A stretch of DNA of 64,000 nucleotides from Raja brachyura (GCA_963514005.1 OY740784.1:25544001-25608000), one strand, 5' to 3'; positions 1 through 13,803 are shown, numbered from the stretch's first letter. Notes: generated by a model from the letters alone, not told the origin. Numbers and translations are program-made.

Positions 1-74
1 CACTATGTTAAGTGTTTCCATAGTTTTGTGTCAATATTACTCTTTAAAACAAACCTCTCAATTTAAGAATTGAA

Positions 75-642
75 AGTGAGAAAAAGAGAAAGAGTGAGGA
101 AAAGAGAAAAAAATATGAGAAAAAGAGAAAGAACAAGAGTGAGAGAGAAANNNNNNNNNNNNNNNNNNNNNNNNNNNNNNNNNNNNNNNNNNNNNNNNNN
201 NNNNNNNNNNNNNNNNNNNNNNNNNNNNNNNNNNNNNNNNNNNNNNNNNNNNNNNNNNNNNNNNNNNNNNNNNNNNNNNNNNNNNNNNNNNNNNNNNNNN
301 NNNNNNNNNNNNNNNNNNNNNNNNNNNNNNNNNNNNNNNNNNNNNNNNNNNGAGAGTGAAGGGAAAGAAAGAGNNNNNNNNNNNNNNNNNNNNNNNNNNN
401 NNNNNNNNNNNNNNNNNNNNNNNNNNNNNNNNNNNNNNNNNNNNNNNNNNNNNNNNNNNNNNNNNNNNNNNNNNNNNNNNNNNNNNNNNNNNNNNNNNNN
501 NNNNNNNNNNNNNNNNNNNNNNNNNNNNNNNNNNNNNNNNNNNNNNNNNNNNNNNNNNNNNNNNNNNNNNNNNNNNNNNNNNNNNNNNNNNNNNNNNNNN
601 NNNNNNNNNNNNNNNNNNNNNNNNNNNNNNNNNNNNNNNNNN
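75..642. other. GA-rich simple repeat interrupted by two assembly gaps (N 151-351 and 374-642)
   Basis: Purine-only GA/GAAA tract on both sides of the first N run; the ORFs here are artefacts of the Ns. Confidence 0.95.
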
Positions 643-1661
643 GTCAGCACAATGTAAACAGACCCAGAGTGGAATCAACCTTTGATCTGTGCCACGTGTC
701 TCTAGGCAACGGGGACCAGCAACGAGTTGAGACAATATCTGTGCAATACCCTCCATCCTGTGTGGCTGTATAACTACATTCTAAGCAGCTAGGCCTGCGG
801 CAATGTAAACACCGTTGAGACTCCGGGCTTTATCTGACCATTGGAGTAACACTTTGTACAAACATGTGTAAACGCAGCTTAAATCTTTTCAGCCATGATA
901 CAGTACACTGGTTCTAAACCTCATTGTCATTCTCTTTTCACCAGCTAGGACAAGTACAAAACAAAGGTTAAGCTTTGACCTTGAATTCTCTGAGCTCCGT
1001 GAATTTGTTTGACTTTAGGTTTTCTCCCGCAATTCAACCTTGGGTGTCGCCTGTACCATTCTAAACATGTGGCAGGAATGGTCTGGTCTAGATAGGATTA
1101 TCTGCCTCCCACCTGGCTGATCAGAGTTTCAGATACGTTCCTGATAACATGGAAATATCAATTCATCTCTGATGACTTGACTCCAGCTTTAAGAAATAAT
1201 TGCTTGAGATTTGGACTGTTGTTCCAACCAATCTTTGTTCATTTGTCTACAAAAATAAAATGATCTTATTAGATTCTGCAAGCGGATGCTTTCTAAGCAT
1301 TTTCTACAAAATTATTATTGAATGACAAGCACATGCAAAAACACAATGAAAACCTGAGCTGTCCTTTCAAAGTGGATCCCGCCCCAAAATGTCACCCATT
1401 CCTTCTCTCCAGAGATGCTGCCTGTCCCGCTGAGTTACTCCAACATTTTGTGTCTGGCTTCTTTCAAAATTTGTATGTGTTAGCCAGAACTCTTCCACCA
1501 GCTCTCATCCACAATGCCCATCAAATGTTTATCATTTCAACTGTTTGAAAAAAACAAGTTTCAAAATGGATACTTTCTCCTTCAGAATATAAGGCAGTTG
1601 CAGTAAAATCCACCAGGTAAAACTGATTCAATTTGGATCATTGTTCAGGCAAGCATTAATA

Positions 1662-1962
1662 TGGCAGAGTGGCGCAGTGGTAGAGCTGCTGCCTCTCAGC
1701 ACCAGAGACCCCGGTTTGATCCTGACAACTGGTGCTGTCTGTATGGAGCTCGTACGCGCTACCTGTGAGCACGTGGGTTTCCTCCGGCAGTTCCAGTTTG
1801 CGACCACATCCCCCACAATCCATGCAGGTTGGAAGGCTAATCACCTTTTGTAAAATCGCCCCTAGTGTGTAGGGTGCGAAAATGGGAAAACATAGAACTA
1901 GTGTACAACATGGACTCAGTGGGCAGAAGGGCCTGTTTCCACACTGTATCACTAAACTAAAC
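1662..1962 (+). mobile_element. HE1-type tRNA-derived V-SINE
   Basis: A-box GTGGCGCAGTGG, B-box-like CGGTTTGATCC, V-domain GTGGGTTTCCTCCGG, CR1-like tail GGGCCTGTTTCCACACTGTATC plus (CTAAA)n. Confidence 0.85.
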
Positions 1963-2416
1963 ATGCAAAGGATCCTATTGCAGGTTCTATCTGTTCCCAG
2001 TATCATGCTCTATGCATCCCTGCCAGAGATATTACACAATGCAGAGGAAAATCAGGCCACAGTGCTTCCTCTGATGAAATGTTCAAAGCCTGAAATTTGG
2101 CCTAGAACTTGGATTTTGCTTTGTATTATGAACTAAAGGTGCATATGATGATTGATCCCAATCAGATCACTTGCAATAATTCATTCAACGGTGCAAAATT
2201 GCATTGAAACGTACTGTGATGTACAGACATATTATGTAAAAAGAGGCCAGTCCAGATCCCATCAGGAGCTACATGAAGAGCTCTTGTCTGCCAAACAATT
2301 GCCGAGCTCAATGTTGGGAGGCATGTCACTGCATACAGGAACTTTCACTCGACCTGCCACAGAACCACTGCAGGTCAAGGTTGCCACGATAGCAAGGGAA
2401 ATGCAGTGGATGTTAA

Positions 2417-2784
2417 TGTCCCTGTCCCACTTAGGAAACCTGAACGGAAACCTCTGGAGAGACCTCTGGTAAGACCACCCTGGTGGAATAAAACTGGGTG
2501 AAAAAAAGGTCTTACCTTCCACTACCTGCAACCCCCGGCAACCACCTTCAACTAGCATCGCAACCGGCTTCGACTAAAAAATTACCGATTTTTTAAACGG
2601 CAACCTATTTTTAGTCACAGCTGGTTTTGAATTTTTTGAAATAATCGCTGGAACATAGAAGAAGCGGAAACCACTTTCAACCATTAGGGAGACTGACAAA
2701 AACCTCCAGGAACCTCTGGGAAATTCACAGAAACATTGGATGGGGCGCAAAGTCTCCAGAGATTTCCTAAGTGGGACAGGGGCA
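2417..2784. mobile_element. PIF/Harbinger-type MITE
   Basis: TIRs TGTCCCTGTCCCACTTAGGAAA ... TTTCCTAAGTGGGACAGGGGCA (1 mismatch in 22); TAA target duplication at 2414-2416 and 2785-2787. Confidence 0.85.
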
Positions 2785-3484
2785 TAAGGCTCTGTTCTGG
2801 GCACCTCCAATATTAAAGTCTACTCTAAGTGACTCCTATGCCACCGATCACCCTACACCACAGTAAGGTGTGACCTGATCAAGAGTTCATTTTGCATCAG
2901 GCAATCTGGTCATAATGGCTGTGATCGGCCTGGGAAGTACTACAGTCAGCTATTCCATAATTGTGACCATAGACAACTGAGGCTAGCAGATTGACAATGA
3001 TGTCACAGTACCATCTCCTTTCCTATCCCTTTACAGTGTTCTCCAATATTTATTTGTGAAACATCAGCATGCACACATTGATCCAATTTCAAGGCTTTCG
3101 TTTCTTATTATGGCTAAATGTCATCATTTTGTATTTGGGCAGTAAAAGAGAGTTGGGCTAATTGAAGAAAAGATGGAAAAATTGCACAAATGATTTGTCC
3201 TATTTTCCCCTGCCTGTTGGATCATTTGTTTTATGTCCAAGTGTATTTAGAGGGAAACCTAATCTATAGAAGGAGGAACCTAGAGAGAAGCTATATACTG
3301 CATATCTTCCTTTATGTATATCTTACTGGATAGGCATCCTGAACTTTCCAAACAGCTAGTGACACCACGTTTGAAAAATTAACTCTTGACGTCCTGCATT
3401 GTTTGCTCCAGAGCTGTTTCTTTCACTGTCTTTTGATTTTTTGATCACAAATCTTTTGATTTTCTTTCCGATTTAATCGTCTTA

Positions 3485-3792
3485 GAGCGGTACAGTGGCG
3501 CAGTGGTCGAGTTGCTGCCGTACAGCACCAAAGACCCGGGTTCCAACCAGACTATGGATGCTTATCTGTACGGAGTTTGTACGGAGGTCTCCCCGTGAGC
3601 TGCGTGGGTTTTCTCCGGGAAGCTCCGGTTTCTTCCCACATTCCAAAGCCACACACGTTTGTAGGTTAATTGGCTTGGTAAAATTGTAAATTATCCCCGG
3701 TGTGCAGGTTAGTGTTAGTGTGTGGGGATCGCTGGGTGTCGCAGATTAGGTCGGCCAAAGGGCCTGTTTCCAGGCTGTATCTCTAAACTAAA
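3485..3792 (+). mobile_element. HE1-type V-SINE
   Basis: GTGGCGCAGTGG head, GGAGTTTGTACG..CTCCCCGTG..GCGTGGGTTTTCTCCGG V-domain, GGGCCTGTTTCC..TGTATCTCTAAACTAAA tail. Confidence 0.85.
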
Positions 3793-3827
3793 AGATAACT
3801 AAAAGTTATCAACCAACCCTGCGTACT

Positions 3828-3920
3828 GAGTCTGAAGAACGGTCTCCACCCGAAAGGCACCCATTCCTTCTCGCCAGAGATGCTGCCTGTCCCGTTAAGC
3901 TAGTCCAGCTCTTTGTGTTT
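3828..3920 (+). mobile_element. Penelope pLTR fragment with degenerate hammerhead core
   Basis: GAGTCTGAAGAACGGTCTCCACCCGAAAGGCACCC followed by the family motif AGAGATGCTGCCTGTCCCG. Confidence 0.75.
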
Positions 3921-4117
3921 AATCCGGAGTACTAGCCTGCTCTCAAACACATTAGGCTCATTGTTACAGGACCCCCACAAAGAAAAGGAGCACAAAAAAC
4001 AGAGCCCTGGAGTTATAAATTCTGCACTGCTGTCTTGGTGGGAGTTTATGATCTGATGATCTCAATGCTTAAGTGATGCTCTCCCTCTCTCCATCTCCAC
4101 CACCCATGGATGCATAC

Positions 4118-4309
4118 CTGAGAGAGCAAGGACCAGTAGTCTATGCCGAGAGGTTATGATGAAGAGTATGTTGGGATCATGGAAAACCCATTTGATGTAC
4201 AAACCGTTGGTCCGGACCCACAGGGCATAACAGTCCGATTTTTTGTGCCTTATGTTCAATGAAGTCCCACGTGATTTTCTTTTCAAATGATTTTGAAATG
4301 AATGACATT
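4118..4309 (-). other. Candidate 192-nt exon (phase 1-1), product unknown
   Basis: Pyrimidine tract plus CCCAG acceptor, CAG|GTATGC donor, length divisible by 3, one open frame (ECHSFQNHLKRK...LLVLALS). No recognisable homology. Confidence 0.2.
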
Positions 4310-6103
4310 CTGGGATGTTGAAATCAATAAAGCAGAGAAAGCAAAACAAAATTCTCCCTTTTGATTAAACGCTCCAAAAGGCAGAATTTTAGATGTTTAT
4401 TTTACCATCCAAAGTAAGATAGTAAAATAATTAAATCTATCCTTTGTGAGATTGAATTCTGGAGACCATCAAGCAGAGCTGCAATAAGTGTTTATAAAGT
4501 GTTAATGGGACAGCATTTGGTGGTAGCCGAGGTGAACGCAAGCAGAGGTTGAGGCAAGGATGTGGTATTTTAAGGTCTGCAAGGACACAAATAGCTGGAG
4601 TAGCTCAGCAGGTCAGGCAGCATCTCTGGAGAACATGGATAGGTGAGGTTTTGTGTTGTGACCCTTCTTCAATGCTCAACGCCTTATCATCTTACTGGAA
4701 CCGACTGAAGATAAGAGTTAAGGTGGAAGATGGACCAGGGTATACAGAGTTTCTGGTGAGGACATAGCTCGTTGTGCTTAATCTTGCCAATGTGGACCTA
4801 AAATAACTTATTTGATGGTCCAGAACTTGAGTAGAACAGTGTGGAATGTGTGAAACCAGACAATGATAATCAGTGTACTTGGCAAAATTATACCCATACA
4901 TGCAATGACATCACCACGTTTATACACAACAATAACAACAAATATTAGATGTGCTACTGTGCAAATGAGATGGAGCGATATAGAAAATCAATTCTTGTTT
5001 ATGACTAATGGTTAATTTATTTTACGGCTTTGGCCAGCCACGTCATAGCCATCATTGACCGTTATTTGACTTGGCAACTATCCTGGTTCTCTTTGCCTTC
5101 TACTTAGGTGCCTCCTTGTTGCCAGAGCTTGAGTGAAAATCTGAACTTTTTGCTTCACTCCACAACGGCTGAGGTTTTGTAAATGCTTTAGTTGCAGACA
5201 GCTTGGCACTGAATTAGCAAGTGTCATAAGCAGTTACCATTGATATGATAAAATAGCTTCAAAAATTAAAAATGTTTATAAATTCACTCCTAAGTATAAT
5301 ATTTTGTGCTAACAACATATTGTAAACCTGAAACGTAGACATTGCATAAGGAATCATTGCCTATTTTTCACAACTTTTTTAGATCAACTCTTCATGGATA
5401 AAGGGAGGTTTTGAAATGGCAATGAAGATGGACTATTGAGTAAATCTGAATTTATATATATCGAAAATTACTGAATGATTTTCCCAAATATTTTCAATGG
5501 GAACCCTTTACAAGTCTAAGAAGTGGCAAAAACATTCACAAAGAACACTGCAGTGTACACAATGCTCATCTGGGGGGATCTCAGCGAAGTTTTGTCCATT
5601 GATCTATTCTGGTTACTCCAGCAGGAAGAATAACCCCCAAAATAATTACTTTTACATTTCTTGTGTTTATGCCCCTGGATATTAACTCGAAGACAAAGCC
5701 AGCGTCACGGGGAAGTTTCGCTGCTGAGCATGATGCAGAGGAGATAATTAAAAGCAATTGTTGAAGGAACGATGCAGACCACAAGTGTTTTTTGTTGTCA
5801 TCAGAGGATGATGGATTCCACAAAAAATGTCCATTTATATTAATTTCAAATAAAGCAGAATACAGATGGTTTGGATTCTGATTTTTCCATGGAAGCAGAA
5901 AAATCAAGGAACACATTAGTAGATTGCTGGAGGTTTGGCACAAAAAGCTGGAGTAACTCAGCAGGACAGGCAACATCTCTGGAGAGATGGAATGGGTGAC
6001 ATTTTGGGCCGAGACCCTTCTTTTGAAGATTAAAAAATAACCCCTTTCCATAATTTCAGTTGGGAATTACAGTGTGAAAACTCAAAATGGATCTCAATGG
6101 GTG

Positions 6104-6349
6104 ACATAGAAACATAGAAACATAGAAAATAGGTGCAGGGGTAGGCCATTCGGCCCTTCGAGCCTGCACCACCATTCAATATGATCATGGCTGATCATCC
6201 AACTCAGTATCCTGTACCTGCCTTCTCTCCATGCCCCCTGATCCCTTTAGCCACAAGGGCCACATCTAACTCCCTCTTAAATATACCCAATGAACTGGCC
6301 TCAACTACCTTCTGTGGCAGATAATTCCAGAGACTCACCACGCTCTGTG
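6104..6349 (-). mobile_element. CR1 (HER1-type) LINE 3' fragment
   Basis: (CATAGAAA)n tail; encodes VVSLWNYLPQKVVEASSLGIFKRELD; closely matches 39200-39446. Confidence 0.9.
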
Positions 6350-7995
6350 ACGAATCGGGTCGAGACACTTCTTCAGAAGAAATGTCACCCATTCCTTCTC
6401 TTCAGAGATGCTGCCTGTCCTGCTGAGTTACTCCAGCATTTTGTGTCTAACTTCAGTTTAAATCAGCATCTGCAGTTCCTTCCTACACATAGTACATTAA
6501 TGGGGTTAGTGGTTGTAACTATCAAAGGGAGAGAACGAAAACTAACAACAAGAACATTTTGACACTTAAGAATCTGTAGATGTTGAAATCTTGAGCAAAA
6601 CACCAAGCGCTTGAAGAACTTAGAGGGTCAGATAGCATCTGTGGAGGGAATGGACAGGAGACATTTCTTCAGAATCCTCCTCCTCCTCTCTCCAATGGAG
6701 TTTTGCAAAACTTTCTTACTTCTCCCCGAACCTGCTGTTCGACCATGTTCAGACCCATACAGTATAAAGACCCATTGAGTTCCTCTGGCACTTTGTGTTT
6801 TGAATGAGAAAATATGTCACAATATGGGAGAAGAATGCTGAATAATGTTACTGGTACCCATTTGGAATACTCAAAGGAAAACTGAGCAAGTAGGTTGAGT
6901 GAATTATTAATTCTCTGTCAGATTCTCATTTCGTGGATTGAGATGCATTTTTTCCCACTGTAATTCCCAACTGAAATTATGGAATGGGGTTATTTATGCA
7001 ATGGTTCAAGAAACATATATCCATTATCGTTCCCCAGCCCCTGCACTGCCTGCTTCTACCTCCTCCTCAAAATCCACAAACACTACTGTCCCCGCAGACC
7101 CATAGTTTCAGCCTGCTCCTGACCTACAGATCTCCAAATACCTTGATTCCAGCCGATCCATCCCATGTCCAGTCACTTCTGACATATATCCGAGACAACT
7201 CACACGCCCTTCAATAACTTTCAACTTGAAACCCCCATTGCCTCATCCTTACCATGGCCATCTACGACAAACCCACCGACTCCCACGATTACCTGGACTA
7301 TACCTCCTCCCACTCTGACTTTTGCAAAGATGCCACCCACTAATCTCAATGTTTCCGTGCCGACACTGCTCCCAAGGTGAGGCTTTCCATTCCCGGGTTC
7401 CCAAGATGTCCTCTTCCTTTAGTACACGTGATTTCTGCCCTGCCATTAGAGATGGCTCCAACACTCACGCCTCCTGTTTGTCTCGTACTTCCGCTTTCAC
7501 TCACCCACCCTTCAGACGGAACAAGAATAGAGTTCCCATGCTCCTCAACTTTCACCCCACCAGCCTCCACATCTTTCTCTGATGTGACATTTCTGTCACC
7601 TCCAACACGAGGACTCACGTTTTCTCATACCCACCCCTTTCAGACTTTGCAGAGACTGCACCTTACACAACTCCATAATTCCATCATCCTTTCGCACCCA
7701 AACCACTCCCTCCCCAGATACTTTCCCCTCAACTGCAAGAGATGCAACACTTGCCACTATACCTCCTTTCTCACCTCCATCCAGGGACCCCACCAGTTAG
7801 TCTTGGTGAGATAGAGGTTCATGTGCTTCTCCTCTAAGCTCATCTACTGCATCCGATGTTCCCGACTTGGCCTCCTGTACATCTGCGAGACTAAGCGTGG
7901 ACGCAGTGATCATTTTGCCAAATGTGCTCAGTCTGCCAAGGCCCGCTGCATTTCCAGGCTGCTAACCATTTTAACACCCCTTCCCATTGACATAC

Positions 7996-8246
7996 TATAA
8001 CCATATAACCATATAACAATTACAGCACGGAAACAGGCCATCTCGGCCCTTCAAGTGTTGCTACACCTTTCCCACTTCTCAGTTCCACCCAAATAGCCTC
8101 CCTAGATGAGCCCTCCAATCTATCCTGCCAAAGCACTGCTGTAATATCTTCCCTGACTAGCAATGCAACACCTCCACCTTTTGCCCCTCCAATTCTATCA
8201 CACCTGAAGCAACAAAATCCTGGAATATTTAGTTTCCAATCACAGC
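7996..8246 (-). mobile_element. CR1 derivative: APE endonuclease fragment fused directly to the CR1 3' tail
   Basis: WKLNIPGFCCFRCDRIGGAKGGGVALLVREDI..EAIWVELR is joined to the tail GGCCTGTTTCCGTGCTGTAA..(TATATGGT)n. Confidence 0.8.
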
Positions 8247-8307
8247 CCTCTTTTTGTACTGGGCCTCCTCCATTGCCAGATTGAAGCCGCACGTAAACTG
8301 GAGGAAG

Positions 8308-8595
8308 CTGCAGCGATAGAGTTGCTGCCTTACAGCGCCAGAGATCTGGGTTCAATCCTGACAATGTGTGCTGCCTTTAAGGTGTTTGTACATTCTCCTT
8401 GTGCTTGTGTGGGTTTTCTCTGGGTTCTCTGGTTTCCTACCACATTCCAAAGATGTGCAGGTTTTTAGATGAACTGGCCTCCGTAAAATCTTTCCCAGTG
8501 TGTAGGATAGAACTAGTGTACAGGTGATCATTGATCGGTGCAAACTTGGTGGGCTGAAGGGCCTATATCGACACTGCATCTCTAAACTAAACTAA
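8308..8595 (+). mobile_element. HE1-type V-SINE
   Basis: tRNA-like head, V-domain and (CTAAA)n tail; inserted in Penelope GIY-YIG sequence. Confidence 0.85.
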
Positions 8596-11558
8596 CCTCA
8601 TAGCTCACAACCCAATGGTATGAGCACAGTATTCTCCAGTTTTAGGTAACTACCAACTCACCCCCTACTTTCTTTTATCCCCTCTCCCCCCCCCCCCCCC
8701 GTGACCCCACCTGTACTCACACCTATTTTTCCCCTCCCCCTCCCAACTACATTCCTTCCTCTAGCTTCACAATTCACAGTACTTTAATCCTTTTGTCTTA
8801 TACCTTCAGTTTTTTCATCTTTGACTTTGTCCATTCATTTACCGACCTAAAAAAATCCCCTAACCAGTATCTGCCTATTTTGCGCCTGGCTTGGTCCTGC
8901 CTCCCCTCTTTTCCAACTTTCTCCCCCCCCCAGTCTCACAATCAGTCTGAAGGGTCCCAACCCAAAATGTCACCTATCCATGTTCGTCAGAGTTGCTGCC
9001 TGACTCAGAGTACTCCAGCACCTTGTGCCGTTTTGTTTTGCATATCGGGTCGTGGCATTAAAAATAGTTTTCGTGTGACAAGAAAGAAATCGAAGAATAT
9101 TTCACACACTGATGGAAATGATGCAGAGATCCTATGGTCTTCAATGTTATGCTGCATATCACTGATACTAACTTGACAATCAACTGAATCGACCACTAAC
9201 TCTTCATCCCACCTCATGGTAATATGGCAGCTTATTATGACAGAAGAAACTCATGGAAACAGATTCATTTCATGCCAGAAGGAAACCATGGTAACACCAT
9301 AATAAGCACTTGGTCTACCTGCCTCCAGCAGGCGGTTCTTTCAAGAACCAAAGCAATTATCGCAAGAGTAGCTGCAAATGTCCTGCATATAATCCATCAT
9401 CTATAATTTAGGTTCTTTTTATAGAGAGTGCCTTTCACTTTCCGTAATTTATGACACAGTCCCAGTGTTCGAAGAACTAAACTGGTTACATCCCTGTTAT
9501 ACACGAACCCCAGGATCCTTACAAATATCAACATGTGAATAGTTTCAGAAATGCATTTTCAGTAAATTGCAGTGTTTTCTTCTAAAACGCTAGCAGAGAA
9601 CATATCCTCATCTGTTCTCCCCTCCTCCACTGAAGGTAATGACTTATGTCAGGTACAGTTCATGAGAACATGCAGCCCTTTGACATTTAGACTTGTAGCC
9701 GTTCTCCCTCCTGTACAAGTCGAGAGAAAATCAAACCTGGTGATGGAGTGCCCTAAAGCAGTCCCTTTATGAACCCCTGGTTAGACTGCTCAACAGCTGG
9801 CACCAAACATCACTAAATATCACTTAGTGGTCTTTGGACTGTAACGGGCTCTTATCTGCTGTGGATGAACTTATATTTGGCCTCAAGGTATCCTGGTTTT
9901 GAACTGTTCAAAATGGAAATCTAACTTTACTTGAAGTGTCGCCTTTATCATATTGAATTAGTCAAGAATGTTCGAACAATACACTAAGAGGTCATTTGGC
10001 ACGTCAAGTCTATTTTAACTCTCAAGGGACTAATCCTATTAATCCATTCTCCTTATTTTTCAGTGCCCATTCAATTTACGGTTTCACACAAGCCCCTTAA
10101 TTTCTCTTTTGATTCTTTTTGTTCCTTATCTACATTAAGGAGTGATTTATAGTGGCCAAATAACCTATTAGCCTATCATTTGGAATGTGGGAGGACACAG
10201 AAGGACCCAGAGGAAATCCAGATGGACCAGATGATTGAACCTGGATCACTGGAGCCGTAAACCAGCAGCACTAACTGCTGCAGTTAATTTATTATATATT
10301 TATAAACATGAAGCCAGCTACCTTTTCTCCAAAAGGAATCAAATGATTCCACATCTGCACAGTATAAACAAGGAAAAGAAGTAGCAACTGAGAAATCCAC
10401 ATCTGCAGGATAACTATTTATACTCATAAAGTGTTAAAAAGGGTTTATTACTTAAATAAAATTACAGAGCCACATAAGACCAACATCTTGGTTATGGATG
10501 TTGGTTTTCGGGTATGTCTTCAATGAGAGAGGGGAGGTTGAGAGATGAAGAGATTAAGGGAGGGACTGCCAGGCCAGAGGTTTCAACAAGACATGGGTCT
10601 CATTTGTGGGGCAATTAAAATCAGTGATGCTCAAAGAACCATAACTGCTGACTTATTGGATGGAATAAATCAGGATGCCTCCAAGGAGCGACTTCAAAAG
10701 AAATGTTATGATGGCCACATTTTTTAACATGTAGCCAATAGCTTGATCAGAAATCCAAAAGCAAAATACTGCAATTCACAAATCACAATAGAAAATGCTA
10801 CAATACCAAGCTGATCAGGCAGCACCTTTCATCAGAATTAGCCCGCACCTTCTCAACATTTCCCAGAATTTTTCAAGTCTCCAAACCTAACTTTACGCAG
10901 CTGAAGACACCAGTGATAAAGCAATTAAAGCTTTTGTGCTCAAGAAAATAGAAGTGGATGAGCCAAGAGTTGGGAGGGAGTGGGAGGCCGAGTGAGCTGA
11001 GGGTAGGGTCTGCATGCATGGAGAGTTGGCGAGACCATGAAGTGGTTTGAAAATAGGTCTCGGATCATTTCAGATGAAGTAGTGAACACAAGGACAAAAG
11101 CCAATTCACGGGCATTTCCTCCCCACTGCTTCCTCCCTTCATTTACCACTTCCTTTTTCCCTCATTTAACCCCAGTCTTCCTAAACATTCTCCACCCACA
11201 AGCGTCCATCCCTTGCGTGACTTACAACTTCAAGCTCTCAGCTGCCGAGGTTTTGTCCTTCCTTTCAGCATGAATGTCTGTGGCTGTTCATTTCTTCAAA
11301 CACTCTGGCCTCCCACTTTCCATATGTCCCTCCCCAGCGGAATATTAATTCTGGTTTTCAAGCCACACTAAAGGTTTCCGATGTAATGACTGCAGCAATG
11401 ACTGACCATCTTCACACCTGCCATGAAGAGTGATTCAGAAACTGGATCTGTACTCACCTGTGTGTTCAGGTGAATAACCGGTGATCTTATTGAAAGTTAG
11501 GTACCCATGAGGTTTGACAGGACAGAGGTGTGGTTAATGCTTCTCTGTGTGTTCAGAA

Positions 11559-11877
11559 GGGTGGCACAGTTGAGGAGAACTGGTAGAGCTCCAACCTCAC
11601 AACATCTTAGACCTGGTTTCAACCTGACCTCAGATGCTGTCTATGTAGAGTTTGCCTGTTCTCCTAGTGACCATGTGGGTATCCCTCAGGTACTCAGGTC
11701 TCCTCCCAAGCTCCAAGGACATGTGGGTCTGTAGGTTAATTGGACTCTGTAAAATTGCCCGTAGTGTGTAGGGAGTGGATGAGAACATGGGATAAAATAG
11801 AACTAGTGTGAATGATTGATCTCGGCATGGATGCAGTGGCCGTAGGGCACGTTCCATGCTACACCTCGAAACTAAAG
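11559..11877 (+). mobile_element. HE1-type V-SINE (diverged)
   Basis: GGTGGCACAG head, degenerate V-domain, GTAAAATTGCCCGTAGTGTGTAGGGAG body. Confidence 0.75.
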
Positions 11878-12500
11878 TAGAGGTCACAATCTGTTTAGGA
11901 GTGCAATATGAAGAAAGAAGGTAGTGGTCCTTTTTAACCCTCTTCTCTTGAGGTTCGGTTGCTGAGCATATTCAAGGCAGAGATTGATTGATTTTAAGAT
12001 AATGAAGGAATCAAGTGTAGGTCAATGACAGTGTCACAGAGGTTAAAGATCACCCGTGGTAAAGGTGATGGAGGAGCAGGGTGGTGAAGAAGGTGTTCGG
12101 CACCGAAGATAGACACAAAATGCTGGAGTAACTGAGAGGGTCACACAGCAAGGAACTATTCTTTTTCTTTAGAGATGCTGTCTGACCCACAGAGTTACAC
12201 CAGTATTTTGTGTCTATCTTTGGTGTAAACCAGCATCTGCAGTTCCTTCGTACACAAGGTGTTTGCCTTCATCAGTCAGGACATTCCAAATTGAGATGTC
12301 ATGTTATAACTGTACTTGATGTTGGTGAGATTCAACTTGGCAGTTCTTGTTATCCACCGATAGGACTGATGTCATTAAATTGGAAAGGGTGCAAAAAAGA
12401 TTCACAAGGACATTACTGAGATTGGAATGCTGCAGTTGCAAGGAGCGAATGCACAGTCTGAGGCTTTTTCCCCTGTAGCTTTGGGATGACCTTAGAGGTA

Positions 12501-12894
12501 CCGTATTTCCCGGCAAAGACGCTATTTTTTACCCTAAAATAAGGCCCAAAAAATTACCTGCATCTTGGAGGCCGAATGCTAGGCTGTTCATAGGCCCATA
12601 GCGGGTGTGTCAAACTCTTTTTACCTCATTTTAGGTCACGGGCAAAATGCGACTTCTTGCCCGCTTTGGCATCGGGGAAATCATCCCGCGGGACGGATCG
12701 GACTCCTTCGCGGATTGGATGCGGCCTGCGGACCGCGTGTTTGACACCGCTGGCCTATAGGAAGCATTTCACCACGGTGAATGGAAATAGCTACCATCAT
12801 GGCGAATATCTGTTTTTAATTTTTCAAAATTTAGCGACTCAAAATGGGGGGGTGTCTTTGACGCAGGTATGACTTCATTGCCGGGAAATACAGG
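12501..12894. mobile_element. Tc1/mariner (pogo-like) MITE inserted at TA in an old CR1 fragment
   Basis: TA|CCGTATTTCCCGGCAA ... TTGCCGGGAAATACAGG|TA; flanks rejoin as CR1-like CTTAGAGGTA-TATAAAATCAT. Confidence 0.8.
12602..12752. mobile_element. hAT-type MITE nested in the pogo-like MITE
   Basis: Ends CGGGTGTGTCAAAC ... GTTTGACACCGCTG (11/14 complementary); 8-bp TSD GCCCATAG/GCCTATAG. Confidence 0.7.
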
Positions 12895-13803
12895 TATATA
12901 AAATCATCTTTGCTGGTGTAGAAAAGTTGGGCCGCAGGGACTGTTTCTGTGCTGTACACCTCGCTGGTGTTGCAAGCTTAGCAACCAAATTACCTCTGGG
13001 TGAATGTAAATGCATTATTTCTATCTGTAATCTTCATTATATGAGCAGTCCAAAGCCAAACCTATTTCCCCTTACATCACAAAGAAATGTCAGGTCAATT
13101 TTAACACAAAGCCTTTAAAATAAAAATGCAGATGTCAGTTTATACATACAACAGTTTATTCCAATTTATTCCAATTGTACAAGTCCTATATGGAAGTGAT
13201 TTTTATTTTTCCCGAAGAGTAATGGAACAAAAACTATTTCAGTTTCTAATAATAATTAGAAATAATACTACAATAATATAACTTTTGAGGATGTAATAGT
13301 TTCAGATTTAGAAATTCTTACATCAGAAATGGTGCATTTTGAGACACTCCCTCCACTTAATCCTGCAACAACATGAGAAAGTTCCAACAGTGCCTCCACA
13401 AATCCTTCAATACGCTTTCAGGATAAGTGAACCAACATCAGTGTCTTCTCCCTGGCAAATGTGCACAGAGCCAATGCACTAACTACAGGCACTTGGCTCC
13501 AACAGATAGGCCTTATTAGATATATACCAAACATCTGATTTCCAAATCAGAACACTCTATTCCGAGCTCTTACAGAGCAAGAGTTAATCAGGCAGGAAAA
13601 TAATTCAAAGAAGTTCTCAAAGTCTCAGTGGAAAAATGCAAGATTCCTACTTACTGCTAGGAATTCCTGGCCCATGAATGTTGAAAAACAGTGAAGCAGC
13701 ATTTGGGCTGGCACTGATCATCTTTAGTCTATGCATTGTGAGAGTTAAACTATGAAGGATTGCACCATCTCCTAACCCACTCATCCAAATCTCATGAAAG
13801 CAT

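Larger units (their letters stand above)
7100..9045 (+). mobile_element. Decayed Penelope-like element (RT C-terminal part, GIY-YIG endonuclease, 3' pLTR), interrupted by a CR1 piece and a V-SINE
   Basis: Translates to IYDKPTDSHDYLDYTSSH (RT thumb) and LIYCIRCSRLGLLYICETKR (GIY-YIG); ends in the pLTR motif at about 8940-9045. Confidence 0.85.

Noticed and set aside
58-756. Long ORFs at the window start
   Set aside because: They run through N gaps and a GA repeat.
1662-1735. tRNA genes (here and at other SINE heads)
   Set aside because: A/B boxes are present but there is no complete cloverleaf, and each continues into a V-SINE body.
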